DNA of 64,000 nucleotides, taken from positions 112,764 to 176,763 of the forward strand of contig CAWAPJ010000001.1 of the NCBI GenBank assembly GCA_963783885.1, written 5' to 3'. The translations under genes and the position numbers were made by a program. The number at the start of each line of letters is the position of its first letter. Positions within the stretch are counted from its first letter, which is position 1. The DNA comes from Waddliaceae bacterium. Lineage in GTDB: Bacteria; Chlamydiota; Chlamydiia; Chlamydiales; SLFE01. Positions 19,320 to 31,039 of this stretch are shown one piece after another. The notes under the pieces were generated by a model, which saw only the letters and a list, made by a program, of their open reading frames with translations, made no database searches and was not told where the DNA came from.

Positions 19320-22300
19320 TTAATAACTTATTTCTTCTACTCTTTCCGCTTTAATATCGAGCCCGAGCCCTTGCATCTCTTTAATCAAAACATTAAATGA
19401 TTCCGGCGTACCGGCTACTAGAGTGTTTTCACCTTTAACGATTGACTCGTAGATGCGCGTTCTTCCGGAAACGTCGTCAGATTTTACAGTCAATAGTTCT
19501 TGCAGCAAGTGGGCCGCGCCGTAGGCTTCTGCCGCCCACACTTCCATCTCCCCAAAACGCTGACCTCCCATTTGAGCCTTTCCGCCAAGGGGCTGCTGGG
19601 TTACTAGTGAATAAGGACCAACGGCACGGGCGTGGATTTTATCCGAAACCAAGTGGCCAAGCTTCATCATATAAATGTAGCCAACAACAGTCGGGTAATC
19701 AAAACGCTCGCCGTTCCTTCCGTCATATAGATAAAATTTACCATCTTCAGGCAAACCGTTTTCTCTCAGCATGCTCCAGATTTGATCTTCAGGAAACCCT
19801 TCAAATACAGGCGTTTTAATAAATACTCCAGATTTTTTAGCGGCAAATCCGAGGTGTGTTTCAAAGACCTGTCCCAGGTTCATACGAGAGGCAATACCTA
19901 GGGGATTGAGAATAATCTCCACGCTTTGCCCATTGTTTAGGTACGGCATATCTGCTTCAGGAACAATGTTGGATACGACCCCTTTGTTTCCGTGGCGCCC
20001 TGCCATTTTATCGCCCACTTCAAGTTTTCTTTTAGTTGCAATATAAACTTTTACCTGGCGGATGATGCCCGGTTCTAAGTCCGTATCCCCTTTTCGGAGC
20101 TGCTCGACTTCCGTCTTATACTTCATTTCGAGAGACAAGAGCGCCGTATCATAATCTCTGAGGATTTGCTTCAGGACATTATAGACATCATTTTCCGGCA
20201 TAAGCAGATCTTCAACAGCTTCGTTTTCAAGGACATCGATAACATCTTCGGTAATCAGCTCGCCTTCCTGCGCAATCACCGCGGCGGTTTTTCGGTGGAC
20301 AATGGTTCCCGGAGCCATTTCTCCCTGAAGAAGAACCGTCATCTTTTCATATTTTTCATTGCGGAGCTGAGTTTGTTGAACCTTGTAGTCTCTTTGCAGC
20401 TCTTTCAATTTAGCCGCCTCTTCGACAAGCTCGTCGTCTGTCTTCGCGATTCTTTCCTTGCGGCTGAATAGCTTAATGTCCATCACGACACCTTCTACTC
20501 CAGTGGGGACTACCAAAGACGCATCTTTGACATCCGCCGCTTTTTCTCCAAAGATCGCTCTAAGCAGGCGTTCTTCAGGAGCTAGTTCGGTTTCTGACTT
20601 AGGCGTAATTTTTCCAACAAGAATATCGCCGGGTTTTACCTCGGTTCCGATGCAGATAATTCCATCATCGTCGAGATTTGCTAGCGCTTCTTCAGAAACA
20701 TTTGGGATATCTCTTGTTATTTCTTCCTTTCCAAGCTTGGTATCCCTTGCTGTAATTTCAAACTCTTCAATATGAATTGATGTGAAATAATCCTGCACAA
20801 GAAGCTTTTCAGAGATAATGATGGCGTCTTCAAAGTTATATCCCATCCACGGCATGAAAGCTACGAGAACATTCTTGCCAAGTGCGATTTCTCCTCTGTC
20901 GGTTGCAGGACCATCTGCAATCACATCCCCTGCAGACACCTCATCGCCAACATAGCAAAGAGGAACCTGATTAACGCACGTTCCCGAGTTTGAGCGTATG
21001 AATTTTTTCAAATGATAGGTCTTTTTATCCAGTCGGTTTCTCTTGGAGGAAATCACAATGATTGATCCGTCGACATATTCGACAATTCCGTCATCTTCGG
21101 CTATCAGAGCAGCTCCGGAGTCGCGGGCGGCTTTCAGTTCAAGACCTGTTCCCACAATCGGCGCTTCAGCCTTAAGCAGCGGAACACCCTGACGCTGCAT
21201 GTTCGATCCCATCAATGCCCGGTTGGCATCGTTATGCTCCAAAAACGGAATCAAACCGGTTACAATCGAAACAAGCTGTTTGGGAGATACATCCATATGA
21301 GTCACATTGGATGTCTCGCTCTCAATTTGCTCGCCTCGATAACGAGCCCAGCATTTTTCTTCAATGAACATGCTCATTTCATCTAATGGCGCCGACGCCT
21401 GAGCAATCACATATCTTTCTTCCTGGTCCGCGGTCATATACTCGACCTCTTCGGTGACAATGCCATCTCGGACAATGCGATAGGGAGTTTCAATAAAACC
21501 GAACTCGTTGATTTTCGCAAATGAAGACAGGGAAGTAATCAATCCGATGTTCGGACCTTCAGGAGTCTCGATCGGACAAATTCTTCCATAATGGCTTGTG
21601 TGTACGTCGCGCACTTCAAACCCGGCCCTATCCCGGTTTAAGCCCCCGGGCCCTAGGGATGACAGACGTCTTTTATGGGTTAGTTCGGCTACGGGATTTG
21701 TTTGATCCATGAATTGCGACAACTGAGAACGTCCAAAAAAGTCCTTAAGAACACCCGACAGGGCTTTAGCCGAAACAATTTTACCCGGAGTGAGCGTATC
21801 GGAGCTGAAGTCAAAGAGATTCATTCTCTCCCGTATAATTTTTTCCATCCTAGCGAGGCCGATGCGGCACTGATTTTGTATAAGCTCTCCAACAGAACGC
21901 ACGCGCCTGTTGCCCAGGTGGTCAATGTCGTCGATGTTTGTATCCTCGTCGCCGTTTCTGAGCCGGATAAGATACTTAACAGCCTCGATAACATCTTCTT
22001 TTGTCATTGTCAGATTCGACAGCGTCTCGTCATTAACATCCATTCCCAGCTTTGTATTGAGCTTATAGCGCCCAACCCGGCCAAGGTTGTAACGTTTGGA
22101 GTCAAAAAATAGGCGCATGATAGCTGATCGCGCATTGGACAAAGTTGCCGGTTCCCCGGGACGAATCTTCCGATAAAAGTCTTTTAAAGCCGATTCATAG
22201 GAATCGGTTGGATCTTTTGCCAGCATCTTAATAATCGGGCTGGTTTCGTCGGCATCTTCAGCTATGCGAATTGTCGTGATTCCCGCATCCATCATCCGTT

Positions 22301-23090
22301 TTAGCATTGCGGTTGTCAACTTTTCCGCAGCCTTACCGAATACAAGCCCGCTTTCTTCGTCAACGACATCTTCTGCCAGGATTTTACCGACATATTTAGC
22401 AATTTCCTTTTCGGATTTTATCTTCACTTTCCGTGTATTGAAGAACTCTTCAATAATATCGGAATTAGAGGAGAATCCAAGGGTTCTGACAAAAGTCGTG
22501 GCAAGAATTTTCCGACGCCTTTGCTTTCTGTCTACATAGATATAGATTAGATCGTTTGCATCGAACGAGGCTTCCAGCCAACTTCCTCTATAAGGGATAA
22601 TACGGAAAGAATAAAGCATCTGGCCTCGGGAATGTTTTTCCCGTTCAAAGCAAATTCCGGGAGAACGGTGCAGCTGGGAGACGACGACCCTTTCAGCTCC
22701 ATTAATAATGAAAGTCCCCTTATCCGTCATGACCGGAATGGTTCCCATGTACACTTCTTCTTCTTTAATTCCCGTCTCATCCGTGAGGCGGAACTTGACT
22801 TTGAGTGTGACGCTGTAAGTGATGCCTCGCCGAATGCATTCATCGGGATTGTATTTCGGAACACCCAGGCTGTATGACAAGTACTCTAAAACCGTCTTTT
22901 CATCATAGGATTTGATGGGGAATATATCGGTAAAAATTTCCTGCAAACCTACATTTTCCCTACTCTCTGGAAACTGATCGGACTGTAGGAATTGATTGTA
23001 CGATTTTATTTGGATTTCGATGAGGTTGGGAAGATCGATAATATCTTCTTTTTCCTTGAAGCTAATCCTGACTGGCGGCCTTTTTAACAT
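19320..23090 (-). CDS. rpoB: RNA polymerase beta subunit
   Basis: [12 protein letters not shown] and GGQRFGEME motifs. Confidence 0.99.
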   Translation of the reverse strand: MLKRPPVRISFKEKEDIIDLPNLIEIQIKSYNQFLQSDQFPESRENVGLQEIFTDIFPIKSYDEKTVLEYLSYSLGVPKYNPDECIRRGITYSVTLKVKFRLTDETGIKEEEVYMGTIPVMTDKGTFIINGAERVVVSQLHRSPGICFEREKHSRGQMLYSFRIIPYRGSWLEASFDANDLIYIYVDRKQRRRKILATTFVRTLGFSSNSDIIEEFFNTRKVKIKSEKEIAKYVGKILAEDVVDEESGLVFGKAAEKLTTAMLKRMMDAGITTIRIAEDADETSPIIKMLAKDPTDSYESALKDFYRKIRPGEPATLSNARSAIMRLFFDSKRYNLGRVGRYKLNTKLGMDVNDETLSNLTMTKEDVIEAVKYLIRLRNGDEDTNIDDIDHLGNRRVRSVGELIQNQCRIGLARMEKIIRERMNLFDFSSDTLTPGKIVSAKALSGVLKDFFGRSQLSQFMDQTNPVAELTHKRRLSSLGPGGLNRDRAGFEVRDVHTSHYGRICPIETPEGPNIGLITSLSSFAKINEFGFIETPYRIVRDGIVTEEVEYMTADQEERYVIAQASAPLDEMSMFIEEKCWARYRGEQIESETSNVTHMDVSPKQLVSIVTGLIPFLEHNDANRALMGSNMQRQGVPLLKAEAPIVGTGLELKAARDSGAALIAEDDGIVEYVDGSIIVISSKRNRLDKKTYHLKKFIRSNSGTCVNQVPLCYVGDEVSAGDVIADGPATDRGEIALGKNVLVAFMPWMGYNFEDAIIISEKLLVQDYFTSIHIEEFEITARDTKLGKEEITRDIPNVSEEALANLDDDGIICIGTEVKPGDILVGKITPKSETELAPEERLLRAIFGEKAADVKDASLVVPTGVEGVVMDIKLFSRKERIAKTDDELVEEAAKLKELQRDYKVQQTQLRNEKYEKMTVLLQGEMAPGTIVHRKTAAVIAQEGELITEDVIDVLENEAVEDLLMPENDVYNVLKQILRDYDTALLSLEMKYKTEVEQLRKGDTDLEPGIIRQVKVYIATKRKLEVGDKMAGRHGNKGVVSNIVPEADMPYLNNGQSVEIILNPLGIASRMNLGQVFETHLGFAAKKSGVFIKTPVFEGFPEDQIWSMLRENGLPEDGKFYLYDGRNGERFDYPTVVGYIYMMKLGHLVSDKIHARAVGPYSLVTQQPLGGKAQMGGQRFGEMEVWAAEAYGAAHLLQELLTVKSDDVSGRTRIYESIVKGENTLVAGTPESFNVLIKEMQGLGLDIKAERVEEISY

Positions 23091-23389
23091 CCTGAAGGGC
23101 TCCCTCTTAAGTGATTTATTTTACTGAAAATGTTAGGCGCGAAATAACATAAGCATTCAGTGATCTGCGTCTGCAGAGAACGCTGATATATTTTCAAATT
23201 GGTTTTAGTAAAGAACATCAAAAAACGTAAATGCCTTGATAATCACAGACGCTTGCCATGTGAAAGTATCATTTATGTGCAACCCAGCTAAATTTTTATA
23301 GCATTTTAACAAAAAAGTCAAGAAATTCTCTTAACAGTAACACCTTTTTTCCATTTAGCGGGTGCTTTTCGAACAATTTGTATAAAAAC

Positions 23390-23427
23390 CATGAAATGGG
23401 AGACTATCAATTGACTCCCATTTCATG
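23390..23427 (-). terminator. Terminator after rplL
   Basis: CATGAAATGGGAG...CTCCCATTTCATG stem followed by a T-run on the minus strand. Confidence 0.75.
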
Positions 23428-23444
23428 TATTTTTAAGCGGAAGA

Positions 23445-23855
23445 TTAAACGCCTTTCAGCGTAACCTTAGCTCCGGCCGCTTCCAATTTCGATTTAATTT
23501 CATCGGCTTCGGCTTTAGGTGCCTTCTCTTTTATCACTTTAGGTGCGCCTTCTACCATTTCCTTAGCTTCTTTTAAGCCAAGACCGGTAATTTCACGAAC
23601 GACTTTGATGACTCCGATTTTCTTATCTGCTGGAGCTTCAGCAAGTGTTATTTCAAAGTCTGTCGCCTCTTCGGCTTCAGCAGCTGCGCCGCCGGCAGCA
23701 GGTGCTGCGACAACCTGTGCAGGTGCAGCAGCAGCTTCAACACCCCATGTATCTTCCAATGCTTTTTTGAGTTCAGCCATTTCAAGGACTGTCAACTCGC
23801 TAAGAGCTTTGACGAGTTCTCCAACTTTTGGACTGGTTTTTGTTTCTGTACTCAC
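23445..23855 (-). CDS. rplL: 50S ribosomal protein L7/L12
   Basis: [24 protein letters not shown]. Confidence 0.98.
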   Translation of the reverse strand: MSTETKTSPKVGELVKALSELTVLEMAELKKALEDTWGVEAAAAPAQVVAAPAAGGAAAEAEEATDFEITLAEAPADKKIGVIKVVREITGLGLKEAKEMVEGAPKVIKEKAPKAEADEIKSKLEAAGAKVTLKGV

Positions 23856-23896
23856 GGTTAAACCTCTCTAATTTTTTTAAAAAAAAAGTAATTGTT

Positions 23897-24421
23897 TTAT
23901 TCCTGATCATTTTCTTTCTTGCATTTATTATCCAAACAATAAACGACGCTGGAAACCAATGCATTCATGACAGATAATGTTTGAGCCATAGGCGCTTGCA
24001 GGAGTCCGACAAACTGAGCTCGCAATTCTTGTTTACCTGGCAGTTTAGACAGTTCAGTCATCTGATTTTTATCAAGAACTGAGCCGTCAATTTGTCCACC
24101 AATAACATTCAGCCGATCCTGATTGTCTTCTTGATACTCAAAAACAGCCTTTGTTGTTTCCATTGGATCTTCGCCGGCAAAAACCACGCCAATGTGTCCT
24201 GTCAATAAATTCAGGTCAAAATTATACCCCGACTTTTCTGCAGCAATCACAAACATTCTTTTGGGCAACATTTCGATTTCACCCCCGGTTTTTCTGATTT
24301 TCCGGCGAAATTTGTGTGCTTCGTTTGCAGACAAACCAAGGTAGCTTAGAATTACAAACGATCCGTATTGATCGATCTGCTCTCGAATCTCATCGAGAAG
24401 TAATTGTTTTTCTGCTCTCAT
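23897..24421 (-). CDS. rplJ: 50S ribosomal protein L10
   Basis: Position between rplA and rplL; LSKLPGKQELRAQFVGLLQAP. Confidence 0.95.
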   Translation of the reverse strand: MRAEKQLLLDEIREQIDQYGSFVILSYLGLSANEAHKFRRKIRKTGGEIEMLPKRMFVIAAEKSGYNFDLNLLTGHIGVVFAGEDPMETTKAVFEYQEDNQDRLNVIGGQIDGSVLDKNQMTELSKLPGKQELRAQFVGLLQAPMAQTLSVMNALVSSVVYCLDNKCKKENDQE

Positions 24422-24436
24422 GATACCTTAGCTCCT

Positions 24437-25135
24437 TTACGCTGCTTCAACTTCACGAAGGTCGATTCTAATACCAGGACCCATCGTTGAGGAAAGCGCA
24501 ACCGATTTAATATATTGTCCTTTAGCAGTTGCAGGTTTGGCACGAACGATAGCTTGCAAAAAAGCTCGAATGTTTTCAACAAGCTGTTCAGGCGCAAATG
24601 AGACTTTCCCGACAGCAGCGTGAATACCTGCGTGTTTATCGATCTTAAATTCGATTTTACCGCCTTTAAGTTCGCCTACAGCTTTCGCAACATCGGGTGT
24701 CACTGTTCCACCTTTTGGAGTAGGCATTAAACCTCTAGGACCTAATATTTTACCAAGTTTTCCCACTTCGCGCATCATATCCGGTGTCGCCACCACTGCG
24801 TCAAAGTCGGTCCACCCGCCTTTGATTTTTTCAATCAATTCTTCGTTTCCCGCGTAATCGGCACCAGCATCAAGAGCTTCCTTCACTTTTTCACCAGAGG
24901 TTATCACGATGATAACCATTGTTTTTCCGGTACCATTCGGTAGTGATACCGTTCCGCGAATGTGCTGATCGGATTTACGAGGGTCAACGCCAGTTCTTAA
25001 AGCAAGTTCAACCGACTGGTCAAATTTGACCGGCGGGCACTGCTTTAACAATTCGACAGCTTCTTCTACACTATATGATTTTGATTTATCATATAGATTT
25101 GCTATCTCCCGAAATCGCTTATTTGTTCGACCCAT
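24437..25135 (-). CDS. rplA: 50S ribosomal protein L1
   Basis: [11 protein letters not shown] and SSTMGPG motifs; start moved to ATG 25135. Confidence 0.98.
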   Translation of the reverse strand: MGRTNKRFREIANLYDKSKSYSVEEAVELLKQCPPVKFDQSVELALRTGVDPRKSDQHIRGTVSLPNGTGKTMVIIVITSGEKVKEALDAGADYAGNEELIEKIKGGWTDFDAVVATPDMMREVGKLGKILGPRGLMPTPKGGTVTPDVAKAVGELKGGKIEFKIDKHAGIHAAVGKVSFAPEQLVENIRAFLQAIVRAKPATAKGQYIKSVALSSTMGPGIRIDLREVEAA

Positions 25136-25142
25136 AATATTT

Positions 25143-25577
25143 TTATTCCTCCACAAAGTCTACGCCCATAGAACGGCATGTTCCCAAAACGATTTTGACT
25201 GCAGCATCTTCGTCATTGGCGTTAAAATCCTGCATTTTTCTTTTTGCAATATTTAGCGCCTGACTGCGCGTAATGCGGCCGACTTTATCGCGGTTGGGAA
25301 CTCCTGAACCTTTTGCAAGCCCAAGCTCTTTTTTTATCAACTCTGGAACGGGCGGTTCCTTTGTAATATAATCAAACGATTTGTCCTCATACACAGAGAT
25401 TTCAACCGGGAGAATGTCACCCCCTTTATCCTGAGTACGAGCATTGAAGTCTTTACAAAAAGCCATAATGTTCAAACCGGCGGCGCCTAGCGCCGGCCCA
25501 ATTGGCGGGGCTGGATTTGCTTTGCCGGCCGGTATCTGCAACTTGATGACTTTTACTACTTTTTTCTTCTTAGCCAT
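25143..25577 (-). CDS. rplK: 50S ribosomal protein L11
   Basis: [15 protein letters not shown]. Confidence 0.98.
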   Translation of the reverse strand: MAKKKKVVKVIKLQIPAGKANPAPPIGPALGAAGLNIMAFCKDFNARTQDKGGDILPVEISVYEDKSFDYITKEPPVPELIKKELGLAKGSGVPNRDKVGRITRSQALNIAKRKMQDFNANDEDAAVKIVLGTCRSMGVDFVEE

Positions 25578-25664
25578 TTATTTGATTCCTCTTTGTTTCT
25601 CTCCATTTATTCAGTCATTTAAGAGGCATTATGACCTAGCATTATGGAGAAAACCCACTTATTT

Positions 25665-26207
25665 TTATACGTCGTCATCGACTCTTTCTACTTGTGTAAA
25701 TTCGAGATCGTCTACTCGTGTATCCCTCCCGAAAATCGAAACCATGACACTCAGTTTTCCCTTATCATGGAAAACTTCAATGACGGTTCCCACAAAATTG
25801 TAAAAGACCCCTTCAACAATTTTTACTGTATCTCCAACCTCAAAGGGATGCTTTTGTGTTACCGTATCTTTCTTTTCATGAAGGTCTTTCAATATCTCTT
25901 CAACTTCGGCATCGGTCAATGACGTGGGCGACGAGCCCCCTAAAAATGCGACGACACCATTTGTCATCTTGACATACTGGTGCGACTCATCATTGAGTTC
26001 CATTTTAATTAATAGATAACCGGGCCAAAGCTTTTTTTCGACAACTCGCTGTTCACCCTGCTTAACTTCGGAAACATTTTCCGTCGGAAGCATCACTTCT
26101 TCTATGTAACTCTGCACGTTCCTGATAGCAGCCTGCTCTTCAATAGCGCGCTTCACTTTTTTTTCCTGCCCGGACAGCACCTGTAAAACGTACCAATTCA
26201 CCGTCAT
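25665..26207 (-). CDS. nusG: Transcription termination/antitermination factor NusG
   Basis: WYVLQVLSGQE, PGYLLI, KOW motif, IFGR. Confidence 0.97.
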   Translation of the reverse strand: MTVNWYVLQVLSGQEKKVKRAIEEQAAIRNVQSYIEEVMLPTENVSEVKQGEQRVVEKKLWPGYLLIKMELNDESHQYVKMTNGVVAFLGGSSPTSLTDAEVEEILKDLHEKKDTVTQKHPFEVGDTVKIVEGVFYNFVGTVIEVFHDKGKLSVMVSIFGRDTRVDDLEFTQVERVDDDV

Positions 26208-26213
26208 TTCTCC

Positions 26214-26486
26214 CTACCCCGCAATCCAATGGACTATGTTGCTAAGCCCCATTAACACGCCGCGTATAAATAAATCGATCCCATATATCATAATGCCCAG
26301 GGAGAATGTTGCTCCTACCACTATTTTTGTGTAGGTCCGCAATTCCTCTTTACTCGTCCAGGTAATACGCTGAATCTCATTTTTGACTTCGCCAAAAAAA
26401 CCGGCAGCTTTATGTAGCGATCCTTTATCGGACCCTTTGGCATCCTGCCTTGACGATTGTCTTTTTTTTGCATCCATTAGATTCAT
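26214..26486 (-). CDS. secE: Preprotein translocase subunit SecE
   Basis: EVKNEIQRITWTSKEEL plus one TM segment; between tRNA-Trp and nusG. Confidence 0.93.
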   Translation of the reverse strand: MNLMDAKKRQSSRQDAKGSDKGSLHKAAGFFGEVKNEIQRITWTSKEELRTYTKIVVGATFSLGIMIYGIDLFIRGVLMGLSNIVHWIAG

Positions 26487-26509
26487 ATGTTCCCGTACAA
26501 TATTTGTTG

Positions 26510-26582
26510 CGAGTGCGGAGGGGCTCGAACCCCCGACCTGCGGCTTTGGAGACCGCTGCTCTACCAGCTGAGCTACACACCC
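26510..26582 (-). tRNA. tRNA-Trp(CCA)
   Basis: GGGTGTGTAGCTCAGCTGGTAGAGCAGCGGTCTCCAAAGCCGC...GTTCGAGCCC cloverleaf. Confidence 0.95.
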
Positions 26583-26624
26583 TTATAAAACCCGGAAAGA
26601 GATCAAACTTTCCGGGCCGATTCT

Positions 26625-27809
26625 TTATTCAATAATTTCGGATACAGTTCCTGCACCGATTGTTCGGCCGCCTTCGCGGATAGCAAATCTTTGACCAACT
26701 TCGAGCGCTACAGGAGCAATGAGGCTGGCTGTAATTTCAACGTTGTCGCCAGGCATGACCATTTCTGTACCTGCAGGAAGATCTACAGTCCCGGTTACGT
26801 CCGTCGTTCTAATGTAGAATTGAGGACGGTATCCTTGGAAAAAGGGCTTATGCCTTCCGCCTTCTTCCTTCGTAAGGACATACACAGGACCTTTAAACTT
26901 TGTGTGAGGTGTGCATGAGCCGGGAGCGGCAAGAACCATTCCTCGCTCTACATCATTCTTTTCAACACCTCTTAGAAGAACGCCCACATTTTCACCGGGC
27001 TGCACTTCGTCGAGAGTCTTATTGAACATCTCGAGACCTGTCGCCACTGTGTCGCGCGTATCTTTAAGGCCGACAATCTGCAGTTTGTCATTCAGTTTAA
27101 GAACCCCCCTTTCCACACGGCCGGTCACAACAGTTCCACGGCCCGGAATTGAGAAAACGTCCTCGATAGGCATCAGGAACGGCTTGTCAAAATCCCTCTG
27201 AGGTTCAGGAATGGTTTCGTCGACGCTCTTCATCAGCTCGATAATCTTGCTTTCAGATTCCTCGTCGCCTTCAAGCGCTTTCAGTGCAGAGCCCCGGATA
27301 ATCGGAACATCCTTGTATCCTTTCGCTTCCAAAATTTCATGAAGCTCCAGTTCAACCAGATCGAGAAGCTCTTGATCTTCCGCGCCCAGCATATCGCACT
27401 TGTTGAGAAATACAACAATCGAAGGAACGTTCATCTGGTGCGCCAGAAGAATGTGTTCTTTTGTCTGGGGCATGGCGCCGTCTGTCGCCGCAACAACAAG
27501 AATGGCTCCATCCATTTGGGCGGCCCCGGTAATCATGTTCTTAACATAGTCGGCGTGCCCGGGGCAGTCGACGTGTGCGTAGTGGCGGTTTTCCGTCTGA
27601 TATTCAACGTGGGAAGCGTTAATGGTTATCCCCCGCTTTTGCTCCTCAGGCGCGCTGTCGATCTGCGCAAAATTCTTGGCATCTCCACCATATTTCTTAG
27701 TCAGTACTTTGCTAATCGCGGCAGTCAGGGTTGTTTTACCATGGTCAACGTGGCCGATGGTACCAATATTTAAATGTGGCTTCTCCCGCTTAAATGCTTG
27801 TTTAGCCAT
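26625..27809 (-). CDS. tuf: Elongation factor Tu
   Basis: [20 protein letters not shown] motifs. Confidence 0.99.
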   Translation of the reverse strand: MAKQAFKREKPHLNIGTIGHVDHGKTTLTAAISKVLTKKYGGDAKNFAQIDSAPEEQKRGITINASHVEYQTENRHYAHVDCPGHADYVKNMITGAAQMDGAILVVAATDGAMPQTKEHILLAHQMNVPSIVVFLNKCDMLGAEDQELLDLVELELHEILEAKGYKDVPIIRGSALKALEGDEESESKIIELMKSVDETIPEPQRDFDKPFLMPIEDVFSIPGRGTVVTGRVERGVLKLNDKLQIVGLKDTRDTVATGLEMFNKTLDEVQPGENVGVLLRGVEKNDVERGMVLAAPGSCTPHTKFKGPVYVLTKEEGGRHKPFFQGYRPQFYIRTTDVTGTVDLPAGTEMVMPGDNVEITASLIAPVALEVGQRFAIREGGRTIGAGTVSEIIE

Positions 27810-27858
27810 TTGTATTTTCCTCCGTAGACAACTTCTTGTTTTACTTGTTAAATTTCGT

Positions 27859-27930
27859 TGCCCAGAAGAGGAATTGAACCTCCGACCGCTTGCTTACCAT
27901 GCAAGTGCTCTACCTCTGAGCTATCTGGGC
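27859..27930 (-). tRNA. tRNA-Thr(GGT)
   Basis: GCCCAGATAGCTCAGAGGTAGAGCACTTGCATGGTAAGCAAG...GTTCAATTC...TCTGGGCA. Confidence 0.95.
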
Positions 27931-28074
27931 TAATCTTCAGTTTCTTTTATCTGCAGTCTTCAGCTTTTGCACTAATGCAAGAGTTGGTTGAATTGCACCG
28001 TAATCGAAAGCTTATAAGTTTAGTGCCTTCTGCAAATAAAATCAATAGGATCGAAAAGATTTTCTTATCCGGTC

Positions 28075-28293
28075 CTATTTTTGCCTATAAACGATCCTGG
28101 CCTTCGTCAAATCGTAAGGCGATAATTCGCATGTCACCACGTCTCCTACGAGGACGCGGATATTCCTCATTCTCATCTTTCCGCAAAGGTGTGCATGGAC
28201 TGTCATTCCATTTTCCAGTTTTACGCGGAACGTCATGTTCGGAAGCAGTTCTTCGACAGTTCCATCAACTTTGATCGTGTCTTCTTTCGCCAT
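28075..28293 (-). CDS. infA: Translation initiation factor IF-1
   Basis: [19 protein letters not shown]...[13 protein letters not shown]. Confidence 0.98.
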   Translation of the reverse strand: MAKEDTIKVDGTVEELLPNMTFRVKLENGMTVHAHLCGKMRMRNIRVLVGDVVTCELSPYDLTKARIVYRQK

Positions 28294-28414
28294 AATCCCT
28301 TATAAAATTCGATATATACGATATGATTAAAGTATGATTTTAACATTAAAGTCAACTAAATAGCAATATTTAGTGATAAAAATTTGATATTCATGTTAGG
28401 ATTGGAAAAATCAT

Positions 28415-28834
28415 ATGTTTGAAAACTGCCTGCAGAAACAACAAAATTTAAAAGAGATATTTGAAAAATCTCAGTCACCTGAGGAGAAATATCTGATTAT
28501 CATGAATTTGGGAAAGAACCAAAAACCATTGAATCCCGAATATATGATTGAAGAATACCGTGTTCAGGGATGTCAGAGCACAATGTATCTTCTTTCCCGT
28601 TTTGAAGATGGCGCTGTTCACTTCCAGTCCTCGTCGGACGCTTTGATATCTTCTGGGCTGGCCGAGCTTCTGATCAATGTCTACAGCGGCGAGTCTCCCG
28701 AGACTATTCTTAAATGTCCTCCCTCTTTCATTGAAGAGCTTGGCATTCCCGCAAGCCTCACCCCCAACAGGGCAAACGGCCTCTTTCACATTCATTTGCG
28801 AATGAAGCAAGATGCTTTAAAATATTTGTTATAA
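28415..28834 (+). CDS. sufE: SufE-family sulfur acceptor
   Basis: VQGCQS, SDALISSGL and LTPNRANGL motifs. Confidence 0.92.
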   Translation: MFENCLQKQQNLKEIFEKSQSPEEKYLIIMNLGKNQKPLNPEYMIEEYRVQGCQSTMYLLSRFEDGAVHFQSSSDALISSGLAELLINVYSGESPETILKCPPSFIEELGIPASLTPNRANGLFHIHLRMKQDALKYLL

Positions 28835-30082
28835 AAGATTAACTTCGGATACATCATAGATTGAAGAAAGCATTCCTAAATGGACCAAAATTTCGATCGT
28901 CAGTGAAATAATAAAGAGGAGAATAGTCAGTATTAAAAATAGTTTATGACCGAGGAAGCCGACTGCATGCGGAAGATTCCGCCGATAGCGGCCTATCCAA
29001 ACCATTAATACCGGAATAATTCCATTTAGAATTGTATCGCCAAAACCTCCGGAAATGTCCATAGCGACAAGAAACGCTCTTTCATAATTGATGGCAAAAA
29101 ACAGTGTCGGCAATGCGATAATCAATCCAAGCTTCAATCTCCCCCATCCGGCCTTTTTTATATTAAGGCCGTCGGATAAAAAATCGAACAATCCTAAAGA
29201 CATGCCGAGAAACGAGGTCACAAGAGCGAAAAAGGCGAAAAATTCGGCTATCGTCACAATCCATGTGCTGCTTGCAGATTTTTTGATAAAGTTCGTAGCT
29301 ATAGCCCCCTCCTGCAGCGCCTCGGTCAGACTGTCCGGTCCGGTAGCAGGGACAATGCCGAGAACAAGCATTTGCCAGACTATGTAAATGACGAGAGTAA
29401 TTGTTGTGCCGCCTATAACGCTTAGCCGGAGATATTTCACGTTCCTTTTCAGATATGGGGTCAGGCTTGGAACCATAGTCTGATAGGAAAAGGATGTTAA
29501 AATCAATGGAATGCCGATAAAAGTCGTGGACCATTGCTCATGAAGGAGGTTGGAAAACTTTATCTCTTGAGAACCTACTCCGATAATCATAAAATAAGCT
29601 CCCAGCATACCAAAAAACATGACAGAATTGACCCTTCCGACAATTTTTGCGCCAAGATCGATCAATATGCCAAAAATGAGAAAAAAGATCAGGCAGCTTA
29701 CAGCGCGAGTGAGTTCGATGTCCAAATAATCGGCCGCAACCGAAGTGATATACATGCCTCCGCCGGCAGTGTAGGCAATAATTGAGGCATAGCAGATAAA
29801 AAGATAAAGAATCCAGGCGGCAACTTTTCCCGGTAATCCCAGCATGCGGGAGGACATCGAAATCATATGCGCCCCTTCGCCAAGCCAAAGACTCACTTCT
29901 ACAAGCAGCAGACCGGTCACTGTCATGGCGGCCCAACAGCACAGCATCACAACAAGCGAAGGGAAAAAACCGCTGATACCTGTTGCTACAGGGAGGGCCA
30001 GCATGCCGCCGCCAATACTTGTGCCCGCAACAAGCAGCATTGCCGATATCAGCCTGACTTTTGGAACTTCCGTCTTTTCCAA
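28829..30082 (-). CDS. tyrP: Aromatic amino acid permease (TyrP/Mtr family)
   Basis: LLVAGTSIGGGMLALP motif; about 11 TM segments. Confidence 0.85.
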   Translation of the reverse strand: MEKTEVPKVRLISAMLLVAGTSIGGGMLALPVATGISGFFPSLVVMLCCWAAMTVTGLLLVEVSLWLGEGAHMISMSSRMLGLPGKVAAWILYLFICYASIIAYTAGGGMYITSVAADYLDIELTRAVSCLIFFLIFGILIDLGAKIVGRVNSVMFFGMLGAYFMIIGVGSQEIKFSNLLHEQWSTTFIGIPLILTSFSYQTMVPSLTPYLKRNVKYLRLSVIGGTTITLVIYIVWQMLVLGIVPATGPDSLTEALQEGAIATNFIKKSASSTWIVTIAEFFAFFALVTSFLGMSLGLFDFLSDGLNIKKAGWGRLKLGLIIALPTLFFAINYERAFLVAMDISGGFGDTILNGIIPVLMVWIGRYRRNLPHAVGFLGHKLFLILTILLFIISLTIEILVHLGMLSSIYDVSEVNLL

Positions 30083-30096
30083 TTCAAAAATACCTT

Positions 30097-30993
30097 TTAT
30101 TGCAGGGATGGACTATTGATTGCAACTCCCATGGCGTGGAGTCCGTTGTCTGCATGCAGGGTCTCGCCGCTTATGGCGGATGCCAAAGGTGAAAGGAGAA
30201 ATGCGGCTACATGGCCGATTTCTTCAGCGGATAATTCTTTGGCAAGGGGAGCATTTTCCTCTGAATAAGCGATAACCTTTTCTATGAATCCGATAGCTTT
30301 GGCGGCGCGGCTGCCAAGAGGGCCTGCGGAGACGGCATTGACGCGCATGCCCCACTTCCTTCCCGCTTCCCAAGCGAGATACCTTGTATCGCTTTCAAGA
30401 GCGGCCTTGGCGGCGTTCAAACCTCCGCCATAACCCGGTACAACCCTTTCAGCGGCAATATAGCTCAGCGTCAAGGCGGCTGCTCCTTGATTCATGAATG
30501 GACCGAAATGAGAAACAAGGCTGACAAAAGAGTATGACGAAGCGCTGACTGCAGCTAAATACCCGCTCCTTGAAGTTTCGGTCAGCGGCTTTTGCGCTTC
30601 CGGCCCATTTGCCAAAGAATGGACGAGAATATCAATATTTCCAAAATCCTGTTTTACCAGTGCGGCAACTTCCGAAACGGTATAATGGGCCACATTTTGA
30701 TACCGTTTGTTTTCTTTTATTTCAGCAGGGACATCACCGGGATAATCATAGGCTGCGTCTAGGGGATAGATCTTTGCGATCTCCATTTTCGAACCATCCC
30801 CAAGAATAAGGGAACCGTCGAGTTTTCCATTTTCCAGACTTCTCAAAAAAATTTGATAGACAGGAGGCCAGGTCCCAAGAATGATCTCGGCTCCGGCTCC
30901 GGCTAATGCTTTCGCAATAGCCCATCCGAATCCCCTGTCATCGGCAACCCCGGCGATAAAAGCCTTTTTACCTTTCAGATTAATGCCAAGCAT
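30097..30993 (-). CDS. fabI: Enoyl-ACP reductase, chlamydial/plastid type
   Basis: [40 protein letters not shown] motifs. Confidence 0.95.
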   Translation of the reverse strand: MLGINLKGKKAFIAGVADDRGFGWAIAKALAGAGAEIILGTWPPVYQIFLRSLENGKLDGSLILGDGSKMEIAKIYPLDAAYDYPGDVPAEIKENKRYQNVAHYTVSEVAALVKQDFGNIDILVHSLANGPEAQKPLTETSRSGYLAAVSASSYSFVSLVSHFGPFMNQGAAALTLSYIAAERVVPGYGGGLNAAKAALESDTRYLAWEAGRKWGMRVNAVSAGPLGSRAAKAIGFIEKVIAYSEENAPLAKELSAEEIGHVAAFLLSPLASAISGETLHADNGLHAMGVAINSPSLQ

Positions 30994-31039
30994 AGTAATT
31001 AATTATAAAATCAGAGTTTTTTTTTTGGAACTATTTTTT

